A stretch of DNA of 31,184 bases. It comes from Candidatus Rifleibacteriota bacterium (GTDB lineage: Bacteria > Muiribacteriota > Ozemobacteria > Ozemobacterales > Ozemobacteraceae). Numbering within the stretch: position 1 is the stretch's first letter; the number at the start of each line of letters is the position of its first letter. Position numbers and translations under genes: made by a program. The stretch is from assembly GCA_051747585.1 (NCBI GenBank), contig JBNJGH010000033.1, forward strand, positions 1-31,184, written 5' to 3'. Below the pieces are notes generated by a model, which saw only the letters and a program-made list of their open reading frames with translations, was not told where the DNA came from and did not search any database. Of this stretch, positions 9,720 to 19,559 are shown piece by piece.

Positions 9720-10151
9720 ATGAATATATATGCAGGTTCTGATCATGCCGGTTTTAATTTAAAGAAAACTCTGATCGGAAAACTTCAGGAACTGGGATTT
9801 GATGTTAAAGATCTTGGTACCGACTCGACAGATTCATGTGATTACCCTGATTATGCTCATCTGGTAGCTCAAAATGTCTTAAAAGACAAAAACTCTCTGG
9901 GTATAATAGTTTGCGGTTCAGGTATAGGCATATCGATAGCAGCAAACCGTCATCCCGGCATCAGAGCGGCTTTGTGTCGCAGCGGGCTCGAAGCTGAACT
10001 GGCACGTAAGCATAATAATGCCAATATTCTTGCTCTGGGCGAAAGAATTACCGGCCAGGATCTTGCTCTGGATATTCTGGATAAATTCATCAATACTGAT
10101 TTTGAAGGCGGCAGGCATAGTCGGCGGGTTGAAAAAATAGAAATAAAATAA
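9720..10151 (+). CDS. rpiB: Ribose-5-phosphate isomerase B
   Basis: GSDHAG, DYPDYA, CGSGIG, ARKHNNAN, FEGGRH. Confidence 0.97.
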   Translation: MNIYAGSDHAGFNLKKTLIGKLQELGFDVKDLGTDSTDSCDYPDYAHLVAQNVLKDKNSLGIIVCGSGIGISIAANRHPGIRAALCRSGLEAELARKHNNANILALGERITGQDLALDILDKFINTDFEGGRHSRRVEKIEIK

Positions 10152-10164
10152 AACTGGGGGTATT

Positions 10165-10794
10165 ATGGGCGAAATAAAGGTTGTTGATCATCCGCTGGTT
10201 AAGCATAAGATAACTTTGCTGAGATCTAAATTTACCGATGTTCAACGTTTTCGTGAACTGACTAAAGAATTATCGATGCTTCTGGCTTACGAAGCGACAA
10301 GAGGTATTCCGGTAGAAGTAACTACCTGTGAAACTCCTTTAATGACAACAGAAGGCCATCTTATCAGTCCGGGCCAGATTGCAATAGTACCAATTTTGCG
10401 TGCCGGTCTTGGAATGGTTGATGGTTTGTTAAATTTTATGCCTATGGCCAGAGTCGGCCATGTGGGCTTATATCGAGATCCCGACAGTCTTGAGCCGGTA
10501 GAATATTATTCCAAGTTTCCCGGCGAGTTCGACAAAATGCAGGTGTTTGTAATAGACCCTATGCTTGCAACCGGTGGCTCGGTTTCTCATGCCATAGATA
10601 TAGTTAAAAAAGCCGGAGCCAGACATATTAAGTTTCTCTGTGTAGTGTCATGCCCCGAAGGTGTTGAGCACCTCCAGAAAACGCATCCCGATGTTGATAT
10701 TTTTACCTGTGTTATGGATGAAAAACTCAATGATCATGGTTATATTTTACCTGGGCTTGGCGATGCAGGAGACAGGCTATATGGAACAAAATAA
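10165..10794 (+). CDS. upp: Uracil phosphoribosyltransferase
   Basis: [33 protein letters not shown]. Confidence 0.98.
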   Translation: MGEIKVVDHPLVKHKITLLRSKFTDVQRFRELTKELSMLLAYEATRGIPVEVTTCETPLMTTEGHLISPGQIAIVPILRAGLGMVDGLLNFMPMARVGHVGLYRDPDSLEPVEYYSKFPGEFDKMQVFVIDPMLATGGSVSHAIDIVKKAGARHIKFLCVVSCPEGVEHLQKTHPDVDIFTCVMDEKLNDHGYILPGLGDAGDRLYGTK

Positions 10795-11287
10795 GCAAAT
10801 ACAAAACGATTTGCCCAAACCTGATCATATAAACGAAAGGCCTGACTGGGATACATACTTTCTTAAGATTACCCAGTTTGTCGCTACCAGATCCACCTGT
10901 TTGAGACGGCAGGTCGGTGCGGTTATCGTTAAAGACAGGCGCATACTTGCTACAGGTTATAACGGTGCTCCTAATGGAGTAAGGCACTGTTTTCAGCTTC
11001 CGGACGGTTGTCTGCGCGAGTCAAGAAACATACCCTCCGGCCAGCGACAGGAACTTTGTCGAGGGCTTCATGCCGAGCAAAATGCAATTCTGCAGGCTGC
11101 TGCTTTTGGGGTTTCACTCAAAGACAGCGAACTATACTGTACGCACCAACCCTGCGTAACCTGTGCTAAAATGCTTATTAATGCCGGCGTTAAAAGAGTT
11201 GTTTTTCTTGGCAGTTACCCCGATGAACTCTCTCTTGAATTACTCGAAGAGGGTAAGGTCGCTCTTGAAAGGATAGAAATAGACTGA
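10781..11287 (+). CDS. dCMP deaminase (ComEB-like)
   Basis: [35 protein letters not shown]; likely start ATG at 10781 with GGAGA RBS, overlapping the end of upp. Confidence 0.93.
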   Translation: MEQNKQIQNDLPKPDHINERPDWDTYFLKITQFVATRSTCLRRQVGAVIVKDRRILATGYNGAPNGVRHCFQLPDGCLRESRNIPSGQRQELCRGLHAEQNAILQAAAFGVSLKDSELYCTHQPCVTCAKMLINAGVKRVVFLGSYPDELSLELLEEGKVALERIEID

Positions 11288-11290
11288 TTC

Positions 11291-12562
11291 ATGGCAAAAA
11301 TTCTTATAAAGGGCGGAAATCCCCTTAACGGTTCAATAATAGTCAGTGGCGCAAAGAATGCTGCCTTACCTGTAATGGCAGCTACTTTACTGAGCAGCGA
11401 GCCGGTAATTCTAAAAAATGTTCCTGACTTAAATGATGTTAACACAATGGCCGAAGTTTTACGTGCTCTTGGAGTTAAGGTAAAAAAACTCGAAAAAGGC
11501 GTCTATTCATTCGATGCTTCGGGTAAAATTTTTCAAGAGGCACCTTATGAGCTTGTTAAAACAATGCGGGCCAGCTTCTTTGTTATGGGACCTCTGCTTG
11601 CAAGATTAAAAAAAGCCAGGGTTCCTTTGCCCGGCGGCTGTGCAATAGGTGTCAGACCGGTAAATATTCATCTCAAAGGATTTGAAGCGCTGGGAGCAAA
11701 AGTTTCTATCGATGGCGGTTGTGCCGTTGCTGTTGCCGATAAGCTGTCTGGTAACAAAATAATGCTCGATTTTCCATCTGTGGGCGCTACCGAAAATTTG
11801 ATGATGGCCTCGGCATTGTCTGAAGGAAAAACCGTTATCGAAAATGCCGCCCAGGAACCTGAAATAATTGATCTGGCTAATTTTCTCAATACCCTTGGAG
11901 CAAAAGTTTCCGGAGCCGGTGGTCAGATAATTACCATAGATGGTGTAAGCAAACTTAATGGCGGAGAATATAAAATTATTCCCGATAGAATAGAAGCCGG
12001 AACATTTATGGTTCTGGGTGCTATCGGCGGTGGAAAAATTTCAGTTGAAAATGCCGAGCCTGACCATCAACACGCTTTAATAAACAAATTGCGTGAAATG
12101 GGAGCAGAAATAGAAGCAAACAAAGACAGTATTCAGGTCTTTGCACCGAACGGCCTTAAAGGCATCGAAGTTAAAACAATGCCTTTTCCCGGTTTTCCGA
12201 CAGATATGCAGGCCCAGTTAATGGTAGCAATGTGTGTTGCCGAGGGCACTTCATTTATTTCCGAAACAATTTTCGAGAATCGTTTCATGCACGTGGCCGA
12301 ACTTTCCAGAATGGGTGCTGATTTGCATACTCATGATCGAACAGCGGTTATTAAGGGAGTAAAATCACTTAAAGGCGCTCCTGTGTCGGCAACCGACTTA
12401 AGAGCCGGCGCAGCAATGGTATTAGCCGGATTGATCGCTGAAGGACAAACAGAGATCAGTCAGGTTTATCATATAGATCGCGGTTACGAAGACCTGAGTG
12501 GAAGACTTAAAAAACTGGGCGCCGACATTAGACGCATTGAAGACCCTGAAACTGACGAATAG
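11291..12562 (+). CDS. murA: UDP-N-acetylglucosamine 1-carboxyvinyltransferase
   Basis: SGAKNAALP, LPGGCAIGVRP, PDRIEAGT, PGFPTDMQ, TDLRAGA, HIDRGYE. Confidence 0.98.
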   Translation: MAKILIKGGNPLNGSIIVSGAKNAALPVMAATLLSSEPVILKNVPDLNDVNTMAEVLRALGVKVKKLEKGVYSFDASGKIFQEAPYELVKTMRASFFVMGPLLARLKKARVPLPGGCAIGVRPVNIHLKGFEALGAKVSIDGGCAVAVADKLSGNKIMLDFPSVGATENLMMASALSEGKTVIENAAQEPEIIDLANFLNTLGAKVSGAGGQIITIDGVSKLNGGEYKIIPDRIEAGTFMVLGAIGGGKISVENAEPDHQHALINKLREMGAEIEANKDSIQVFAPNGLKGIEVKTMPFPGFPTDMQAQLMVAMCVAEGTSFISETIFENRFMHVAELSRMGADLHTHDRTAVIKGVKSLKGAPVSATDLRAGAAMVLAGLIAEGQTEISQVYHIDRGYEDLSGRLKKLGADIRRIEDPETDE

Positions 12563-12575
12563 AGGAGCATTAATT

Positions 12576-14288
12576 ATGTCAGAAGAAGAAAAGAGTCGCT
12601 TAAATAAGCTTATTGAGGGACTTAACAGTAAAGATAAAGAAGAAAAGTTGCTATCAATTGCTGCGCTTGGAATTTTAAAAATTCCAGAGCACGCAGACCT
12701 TTTACCCGATTTACTGGCTTCTCCTGATTTTGAAGTAGTCAAACAGGTAATTATAGCTATGGGTCGGATTAAAAATCCCGGCTCAATAAAGTATATAGTA
12801 GAGTTTGTTACTTCAGACAACAATGAATTAGCAGATATTGCCTGGCAGGTTCTGCAACGGTTCGATTTGTCTCCTGCCACTGATTTGTTGATTAAGTCAG
12901 CTTCGAGTGATCAGCCTGACCAGATAAGATTGAAATTTATTTCTCTACTATCATCCTACAAGGATATAAGAGTGGCGGCCCTGATGAATGAAATTCTCGG
13001 GCAAACCCGCAATAAAGAGTTGTTAACAGCAGCAATAAATTATTTTATCTGTTTTCCTTCTTCTGAACGTCATACAGCTTTAAAAATGCTCTCAGCCGAT
13101 AAAGACTGGAAAGTTTCGTTGGCGGCCTGCATAGCTTTGTCTAGAATTAAAGATCAGGGTGCTTATAATCAGGTCAAAAAACTTGCCAAATCAGGTAATG
13201 CTGAAATGCGGCAGTTTATAGTCGACTCAATTAATAAGTATCCATTGATCGATGATCGTAGTATTTATCAGATGCTTTTTGTCGATAAACGAGCTTCAAT
13301 CAGGGAATCTGCAATTAAGGGGCTTGAGCTTTTTGCTGCTGATGAGCGGGTAACCATTCTTAAAAACTGGATAGATCGCGAAATAGATAAAGTTATAAGA
13401 AAACAGCTGGTACAAAGAGCAGCGGCAGAGCATTCTCCAATGTTTTATGAAGAATTTTATCAAAATATTCAGTCTACCGATAAAGAAATTCATGACATAG
13501 CTTTTGATGCCATTGTGGAAATGGGGGAAAAGATTGTTGATAGAATTCTCATCGATTTTGACCGCATGCCCCTGGTTATAAAAGAGCAGATGGTTCTGGT
13601 TCTTGGCAAAATTGGTGGCGAAAAGGTTATTAACCTTATTGCAGAATGTTTGTTCGCTAAAGAACGCTGGTTAAGAATCAATGCCGTTGAAGCCGTTTCA
13701 AGTTGTAATTGTTATGAGCTTTACCAAAAGCTTGTTGCTATTTTGCAACAGCATGAAAAAGATTTCTGGGTTAGAGCTTCTGCGGTAATGGCTCTGGGAA
13801 AATCTAAAAATCATGATTTCGCTGAAATCGTAGCCTCTCAAATTGACCACGAAGACGCAAGAGTTCGTGCAAACGCTATTGAAGCTTTGTATGAACTTGC
13901 CTGGATAGGCTTACCTGAGGCATGTCAGAAACTCATGCATGATAGAAATGACAGAGTAAGAGTTAATGCCGCTATTGCCTTATGGCGGAGTGGTCATGAA
14001 GAAGTATTTACCGAACTCGAAAAAATGGCTTCAGATAAAAGCCGATGGGTAAGGTCTTCAGCTGTTTTTGCTTTAGGTAAAATAAATGATCGAAGAGGCA
14101 CTGAAATTTTGTTAAAACTGCTCTCCGACCCCGAAGAAATAGTATATAGAAATACTCTTGAGGCACTCTCAGAACTGGGAGATATGAGAGCTTTGATTCC
14201 AGTTTTAAAAGAATCTCGAAAAAATCGCTTGTCAGAAAGTTTTTTTTATACAATTCTAGATAATTTTTCAAGGGCTGTTCGTAGCTGA
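12576..14288 (+). CDS. HEAT-repeat (PBS lyase-like) protein
   Basis: Repeated motifs VRASAVMALG, VRANAIEAL, VRVNAAIAL, VRSSAVFALG; ATG at 12576 follows AGAGGAG. Confidence 0.88.
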   Translation: MSEEEKSRLNKLIEGLNSKDKEEKLLSIAALGILKIPEHADLLPDLLASPDFEVVKQVIIAMGRIKNPGSIKYIVEFVTSDNNELADIAWQVLQRFDLSPATDLLIKSASSDQPDQIRLKFISLLSSYKDIRVAALMNEILGQTRNKELLTAAINYFICFPSSERHTALKMLSADKDWKVSLAACIALSRIKDQGAYNQVKKLAKSGNAEMRQFIVDSINKYPLIDDRSIYQMLFVDKRASIRESAIKGLELFAADERVTILKNWIDREIDKVIRKQLVQRAAAEHSPMFYEEFYQNIQSTDKEIHDIAFDAIVEMGEKIVDRILIDFDRMPLVIKEQMVLVLGKIGGEKVINLIAECLFAKERWLRINAVEAVSSCNCYELYQKLVAILQQHEKDFWVRASAVMALGKSKNHDFAEIVASQIDHEDARVRANAIEALYELAWIGLPEACQKLMHDRNDRVRVNAAIALWRSGHEEVFTELEKMASDKSRWVRSSAVFALGKINDRRGTEILLKLLSDPEEIVYRNTLEALSELGDMRALIPVLKESRKNRLSESFFYTILDNFSRAVRS

Positions 14289-14368
14289 AAATCCAGATTT
14301 TATTCATGTTTTGTTTGCTCTTTTCCGATAAATAGAAAGAAGTATAAAGCATATAAACAGGAGCAAAC

Positions 14369-15262
14369 ATGTCTACAGATCTGCTCGAGCAGTTTCTGAA
14401 TTATCTGGCTGTCGAAAAGGGCCTTCGACCAAGATCTTTACAGGCTTATCGTCGTGACCTGCAAGACTGGCTTGATTTTCTTGCCCAGCGAGAACGTCAG
14501 GTTACAAGCACTGCGTTAGACAGCGCTTTAAGCCTTTTCATGGTTAGTCTGCATGACCGGGGTATGTCGCCTCGTTCAATTGCCCGAAAATCTTCTTCAC
14601 TGAAAGGCTTTTATAAGTTTCTTCTGCAAGAAGGCTATATCGAGCAAGACCCCACCGAACTGCTTGAAAGACCTAAAATAGGGCGGGCTTTACCCAAGGT
14701 TCTTACTCCATCTGAAGTAGAACAAATTATTGACCAGCCCGACCAGTCAACACCCTTGGGTTTGAGAGATAGAGCTATTCTTGAAGTGCTTTATGCTACC
14801 GGAATCAGAGAATCCGAACTTATTGATCTGCAAATGGGGCAGCTTAATGCAACCGCTGAATTTATAACCGTAATCGGCAAAGGAAACCGGGAAAGAATTG
14901 TTCCTATTGGCGGCTTCGCTCTCAAAGCAATAGATGAATATCTTAAAAATGGTAGAAATAAGCTTTGCAAAGATATAAGCGAAAGAACTTTGTTTTTAAA
15001 CCCCTATGGCAGAAAAATGTCACGTATGGGGTTATGGAAAATAGTTAGAAAATATGCACTCAAAGCCGGCATAGCAAAGCCGGTTTCACCACATGTATTC
15101 AGACATTCATGTGCAACCCACATGCTTGAAGGAGGTGCGGGAATAATTGCTGTCCAGGAAATGCTTGGACATGTAGATGTTTCTACAACACAGATTTACA
15201 CTCACTTGACCGGTAAAGATTTAAAAAACATTCACAGACAGGCACATCCACGAGGAAAATGA
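14369..15262 (+). CDS. xerD: Site-specific tyrosine recombinase XerD
   Basis: AYRRDL, LPKVL, RDRAILEVLYATGIRESE, GKGNRERIVP, SPHVFRHSCATHML, LGHVDVSTTQIYTH. Confidence 0.9.
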   Translation: MSTDLLEQFLNYLAVEKGLRPRSLQAYRRDLQDWLDFLAQRERQVTSTALDSALSLFMVSLHDRGMSPRSIARKSSSLKGFYKFLLQEGYIEQDPTELLERPKIGRALPKVLTPSEVEQIIDQPDQSTPLGLRDRAILEVLYATGIRESELIDLQMGQLNATAEFITVIGKGNRERIVPIGGFALKAIDEYLKNGRNKLCKDISERTLFLNPYGRKMSRMGLWKIVRKYALKAGIAKPVSPHVFRHSCATHMLEGGAGIIAVQEMLGHVDVSTTQIYTHLTGKDLKNIHRQAHPRGK

Positions 15263-18198
15263 TAATTTTTTATTCAAAACATGGCTACAAGCACGAAAAA
15301 TTTTTTCGTGTTCTTTTGCTATGCCTGTTGTTCTTAGCCGGTATTTCTGCGGCACAAGCATCTGATGCAGTAAAGAAAAACTTTTTTAAAGCTGCTGAAG
15401 TTAAACTGCTAAGACCTGAATCGGTAAAAGAATCGTATTTTAGAGTTTCACCCAACGATGTTGCAGTTCAAACAGTCAGAATTTCACCTGATTGTGTTGC
15501 TTTTGAGCCTGAAAAAATTGTTGCTTATAAAATTGAACCCGTAATAGAAGATGACTCAGAAAAGTTGGCTATAGGTCCTGAAGATGTAGCTGTAGAGAGC
15601 GGAAAGAAATACCGTGTTCCGCAGAAAACAAAAACACCACCGGCTCAAATCATTCAATACGCAAAAGATTTCTGGGATGAAGCCGATTATCAGATGGACA
15701 AAAGGCAGATTTCAATTTCGGGAACAAAAACTTTTGAGATGAAAAAAGCTGATGTTTCCGGAGATATAGGTCATTTTTCTACCGAAAATTATGATTCTAT
15801 ACCCGGTTTTCATCTTGATCAAAGTCTGCATCTTGAAATAGATGGTAATATTACCGAAAATTCAAGTGTTCATGCGGTGCTCGATGATAAAGACGATGAA
15901 GACAGACGCTTTACCGTAAACATTGACGGACCGGTATGGAAATTCGTAATGGGCGATTTTCCGCTGGCTCTTGAAGGAACCGAGTTTACTCTTTTTCGTA
16001 AAGAAGTTCGTGGTATAATGGCTCAGGGGGCCTTTCACGAAAAATTCAAATCTATCTTTTTGTTTTCTCAATCTAAAGGCCAGGCTCGCAGAGAACAATT
16101 TCGCGGGGCCGGCCAGCAGCAGGAATTTCGACTTCAAGGCAGTCCGGTTGTCCAGAATTCCGAAAATATTAGTATAGATGGCAAGGTTCTTACCAGGGGC
16201 AGCGACTATTTTGTTGATTATGAAGATGGTCTTATTAAATTTCTTCCCCATATTTTACCTATAGAGCTTACCAGATGGATTGTAGTTGAATACGAGGTTT
16301 CAGATGACAGCCTTGCGTTCAGTCGCAATCTTTTTGGCACTCGCCATGTTTTTACCTATGCTCCGGAAAAAGAAATCGGTTTAAGCTGGCTGCGAGAAGT
16401 TGATGATTCAACTCCAAAATCTGGTGAAAATGCTTCGTCTACAGCGACTCCCATGCAGCATGATGTGCTTGGGGCAGACATTAACTGGCAGGTTTCGCCG
16501 CAGATTGGCTTAACAGGCGAAACAGCAGTTTCGTTTCTTGATCCGAACAAAAACAACGAGCAGTTACCCGAAGATAAATGTCTGACCGGCCATGCAAGCA
16601 AACTGGCTCTTAAAGCTAATGCAAGCAAATATAGCGGTGATGTAACTTTTAAGCGAATAGACAAAGATTTTAAAGTTGTCGGACGTGAAGGCGGTGTGAC
16701 TGAACTTGGTGAACGTGGTCTGGTAAATGATATTCTGAGCGGTCTGGCCAAATTGGAATACCGGTTTGAAAATGGTATGAAAGTGTTTACCGATTACGAA
16801 AAGTCTGAAACAAATCTTGCAGATGATAAAAACCTGCAAACCATTGATTTTGACGATAAAAATGCCGGGTTTATCTGGAAAAGTAACAGCGGCAACAGAA
16901 TTGAAGTTCGTGGCGGCCGACAGCGTGATTTCGAAAGTGGCCCATCGGTTAACTCTGATATAGTAAGAAAATCTGCGGTGGCTGTTTACGATAAAAACTT
17001 TGGCAAATTAAAAACTCAGGCAAAATTTGAAAACACTGCTTATGATGATTCAATTAATACAGCTTCAGATACCGCTGTAGTCGAAATGAATTTTAATATG
17101 GGAGCTAAGGCCGACCGAACTTTTTCCTGGAACGCAGGTGCATCTAGAATTACTGTACTGGACGAAGTAGCACCGGATAATCTGCGATCAGAAACCAACA
17201 ACTATAATCTCGATATGAGCTATGAGCCTAATCGGGTTTTTATGGCACGCGGAATTTTTCAATGGCGTCGCGAAGATGATATGTATGCTAACTCTAGAAA
17301 AGACACAGAAATCGCAGATTCACAATTTCGTTACGAGCCGAATCGTGATTTAAGAACTCAGCTTAAATACAAGGTCGAAAATACATCAAGAATTCTACGT
17401 GACCCTAATCTAGATCCGGAAAAATATATTAAACCACCTTCTTTGCCTAATTCAGACGATGACGAAGATGAAATTCTTACTACTTTCGAAAATCCGGTTC
17501 AAAAAACAACTGCCAATTTTATTACCGACTATCGAGTTAATAGATTCCTGCAGGCTTATTTTGACTGGCGTCAGCGCGAACTTATCGATCAGGCATCAGA
17601 CAAAAGAGTTTCTATAAATGATAGAAAAGCTTATGAACTACGCTATAATCCTTTGGAAAAAATGCTTATTACAACTGAATACGAAGAAGGGGTAAGTAAA
17701 AATATCAATCCAAAAACTGAACTGCGCGATTATTTAAAAGCAGTTCAAATTCGTCATGAGTTTTATCGAGGATGCTTTATAGATGCAACTTATGAAGAAA
17801 TCGAAGAAGACGAAAAATTTACCGATATGAATGATACCCACACCCGCAGTAAAATACTTGGGTTCCAGCGCAATTTTAACCAGTGGGCTTCTATGGAGCT
17901 GGGTTTGCAGCATAATATAGTTGATTCTTCCGAGCCCAAAACAGAGTGGGAAAAACGCCTTGCGGTTATTCTCACTCCTTTTTCCCGTAATCAGCGATAT
18001 AAGTTTTTTATCAATCATAAAGATATAAGCGCAGAAAAAAGTGGCACTCACTATGAGGGTGGGCTGAGTTTTTCACAATTTATCGGTACCGACACCATTA
18101 TTGACGGTGAGTTTAAAAAAGTCCATTCATCAGAAGGATTCTCGGGCAGCGGTTACGATGCAGTGGTTTTCAATGCCAAAGCAGTAATCACCTTTTAA
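15259..18198 (+). CDS. Large secreted / outer-membrane beta-barrel protein
   Basis: Signal peptide ending AAQA, extensive alternating beta-strand pattern, C-terminal Phe (AVITF), motif LTRGSDYFVDYEDGLIKF. Confidence 0.7.
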   Translation: MIIFYSKHGYKHEKFFRVLLLCLLFLAGISAAQASDAVKKNFFKAAEVKLLRPESVKESYFRVSPNDVAVQTVRISPDCVAFEPEKIVAYKIEPVIEDDSEKLAIGPEDVAVESGKKYRVPQKTKTPPAQIIQYAKDFWDEADYQMDKRQISISGTKTFEMKKADVSGDIGHFSTENYDSIPGFHLDQSLHLEIDGNITENSSVHAVLDDKDDEDRRFTVNIDGPVWKFVMGDFPLALEGTEFTLFRKEVRGIMAQGAFHEKFKSIFLFSQSKGQARREQFRGAGQQQEFRLQGSPVVQNSENISIDGKVLTRGSDYFVDYEDGLIKFLPHILPIELTRWIVVEYEVSDDSLAFSRNLFGTRHVFTYAPEKEIGLSWLREVDDSTPKSGENASSTATPMQHDVLGADINWQVSPQIGLTGETAVSFLDPNKNNEQLPEDKCLTGHASKLALKANASKYSGDVTFKRIDKDFKVVGREGGVTELGERGLVNDILSGLAKLEYRFENGMKVFTDYEKSETNLADDKNLQTIDFDDKNAGFIWKSNSGNRIEVRGGRQRDFESGPSVNSDIVRKSAVAVYDKNFGKLKTQAKFENTAYDDSINTASDTAVVEMNFNMGAKADRTFSWNAGASRITVLDEVAPDNLRSETNNYNLDMSYEPNRVFMARGIFQWRREDDMYANSRKDTEIADSQFRYEPNRDLRTQLKYKVENTSRILRDPNLDPEKYIKPPSLPNSDDDEDEILTTFENPVQKTTANFITDYRVNRFLQAYFDWRQRELIDQASDKRVSINDRKAYELRYNPLEKMLITTEYEEGVSKNINPKTELRDYLKAVQIRHEFYRGCFIDATYEEIEEDEKFTDMNDTHTRSKILGFQRNFNQWASMELGLQHNIVDSSEPKTEWEKRLAVILTPFSRNQRYKFFINHKDISAEKSGTHYEGGLSFSQFIGTDTIIDGEFKKVHSSEGFSGSGYDAVVFNAKAVITF

Positions 18199-18229
18199 TT
18201 TCAGTTAAAACCCCTAAATAAACTCAGAA

Positions 18230-18280
18230 TTGCCTATAAATTTTTTTCATGCTATAGTCGATGACTGACCAGCCAGTCAT
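18230..18280 (+). promoter_or_regulatory. Sigma70 promoter and palindromic operator upstream of the TetR gene
   Basis: TTGCCT (18230-18235), 17 nt, TGcTATAGT (-10 at 18253-18258); palindrome ATGACTG-N6-CAGTCAT at 18261-18280 over the expected start site. Confidence 0.75.
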
Positions 18281-18332
18281 TTTGTTGTTGCAAGTAGATA
18301 TTAACTGGTAAAAGCAGTATTCAGGAGGCATT

Positions 18333-18929
18333 GTGGTTACTTCAAGCTCAGATAAAAGAACAAAAATTCTCGAAGTTGCTCTAAAAATATTTACCGAACT
18401 CGGTTATCACGAAACAAAATTAGATGAGATTGCCAGACAGGCCGGTGTTGCTAAAGGCACTCTCTATCTTTATTTCAAAAACAAGGCCGACATCTTTGTT
18501 CAGTGTATGTTTGATGGCTCTGAAAAATGGATGCAGGAAGTTCAGAAAATCATTGACAGCGATGGTTCTGCTTATGATCGTTTGCTCACGCTTGTTCAGT
18601 TACAGACTAAAGTTTTTACCCATAGCGGGCCGTTGATTCAGCAATATATACAGAGCGGCGAAGCAGCTTCTCTGGGTTCGAGTCTTGCAAAAAAAGTAAT
18701 GAATAGAATGCGCAAAAGATTGGAAATTGTTGCCAGTTTTTTTGAGCAGGGAATCAAAAGCAAAGAATTTTCAGACGCTCTAACACCTATGCAGATGGCA
18801 ATATTATTTCATCAAACTTTTGATTTGAATATGAAGTTTCAGTTATTTGAAGCTCCTACAATAAGTTCGGATAAGTTTTATGAGCTTTTGTTGGCCTTAT
18901 TTAAAGCCAAAAAGAACCCCGAATCCTGA
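18333..18929 (+). CDS. TetR/AcrR-family transcriptional regulator
   Basis: HTH IARQAGVAKGTLYLYFKNK; GGAGG RBS before GTG. Confidence 0.95.
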   Translation: MVTSSSDKRTKILEVALKIFTELGYHETKLDEIARQAGVAKGTLYLYFKNKADIFVQCMFDGSEKWMQEVQKIIDSDGSAYDRLLTLVQLQTKVFTHSGPLIQQYIQSGEAASLGSSLAKKVMNRMRKRLEIVASFFEQGIKSKEFSDALTPMQMAILFHQTFDLNMKFQLFEAPTISSDKFYELLLALFKAKKNPES

Positions 18930-18940
18930 GGGAGAAAAAA

Positions 18941-19210
18941 ATGTCAGTTTCTTACATAAACAAAAAAATAATTCTAAGTTTAATTTTTGGTCTTTTCTTT
19001 TTTATGCCTTTTACAGGCATTGCAGGCGAAGAAAAACAGTATAACGTACAGTTTGAATAGCTGCTCGCGCCATTTATTATAGCTTTGAGCATACCCTTCG
19101 GCTTTATGGGTGCGGTAATTACCCTTTATCTTTTCGGTGCCCGCCTGTCTATAGTTTCTTTGCTTGGATTCTTGATTCTCATAGGTATTGTGTGAACAAT
19201 GGTATTGTTA
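18941..19210 (+). pseudogene. Remnant of a deleted efflux operon: signal-peptide gene start fused to an AcrB/RND transmembrane fragment
   Basis: MSVSYINKKIILSLIFGLFFFMPFTGIAGEEKQYNVQFE* then in frame LLAPFIIALSIPFGFMGAVITLYLFGARLSIVSLLGFLILIGIV and, after a frameshift, VNNGIV. Confidence 0.8.
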
Positions 19211-19292
19211 CGGTTTGCTCAAAAAACTAAAAACATTGTAAATTATTCCTGTATTATTGAACTATAAAAATAAAACAGAAAGGATATTTGTT

Positions 19293-19502
19293 ATGGCTAA
19301 TCCATGGGAATGCCCAAAATGCGGAAACAATCAATATTCCACCAGTGAGCTGCGCGCGACCGGCGGTTTTTTGTCGAAATTGTTCGATGTGCAAACTGAA
19401 AAGTTTAAAACTGTATCTTGTGAAAAATGCTGTTATACAGAACTTTATAAGAAAAAATCAGGCACGCTTGGCAATGTTGCAGATTTCTTTGTTGGTGGTT
19501 AA
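19293..19502 (+). CDS. Small Zn-ribbon nucleic-acid-binding protein (DUF2082-like)
   Basis: WECPKCG...GGFLSKLFDVQ...SCEKCCYTELY; ATG at 19293 after AAAGGA. Confidence 0.85.
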   Translation: MANPWECPKCGNNQYSTSELRATGGFLSKLFDVQTEKFKTVSCEKCCYTELYKKKSGTLGNVADFFVGG

Positions 19503-19553
19503 TCAAAATTTAAAAAAAAATAAGTTGACTTTGTTGTTAATTGATTGTAACCT
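19501..19553 (+). promoter_or_regulatory. Sigma70 promoter with A-rich UP-like element driving the large ncRNA
   Basis: A-tract 19505-19523, TTGACT (19525-19530), 17-nt spacer, TAACCT (19548-19553); expected start near 19560, where the closing stem begins. Confidence 0.75.
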
Positions 19554-19559
19554 TTAAAG

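Noticed and set aside
14369..15262. Tyrosine recombinase as the integrase of the downstream island
   Set aside because: Size and motifs fit housekeeping XerD, and it is embedded among core genes more than 5 kb from the accessory region
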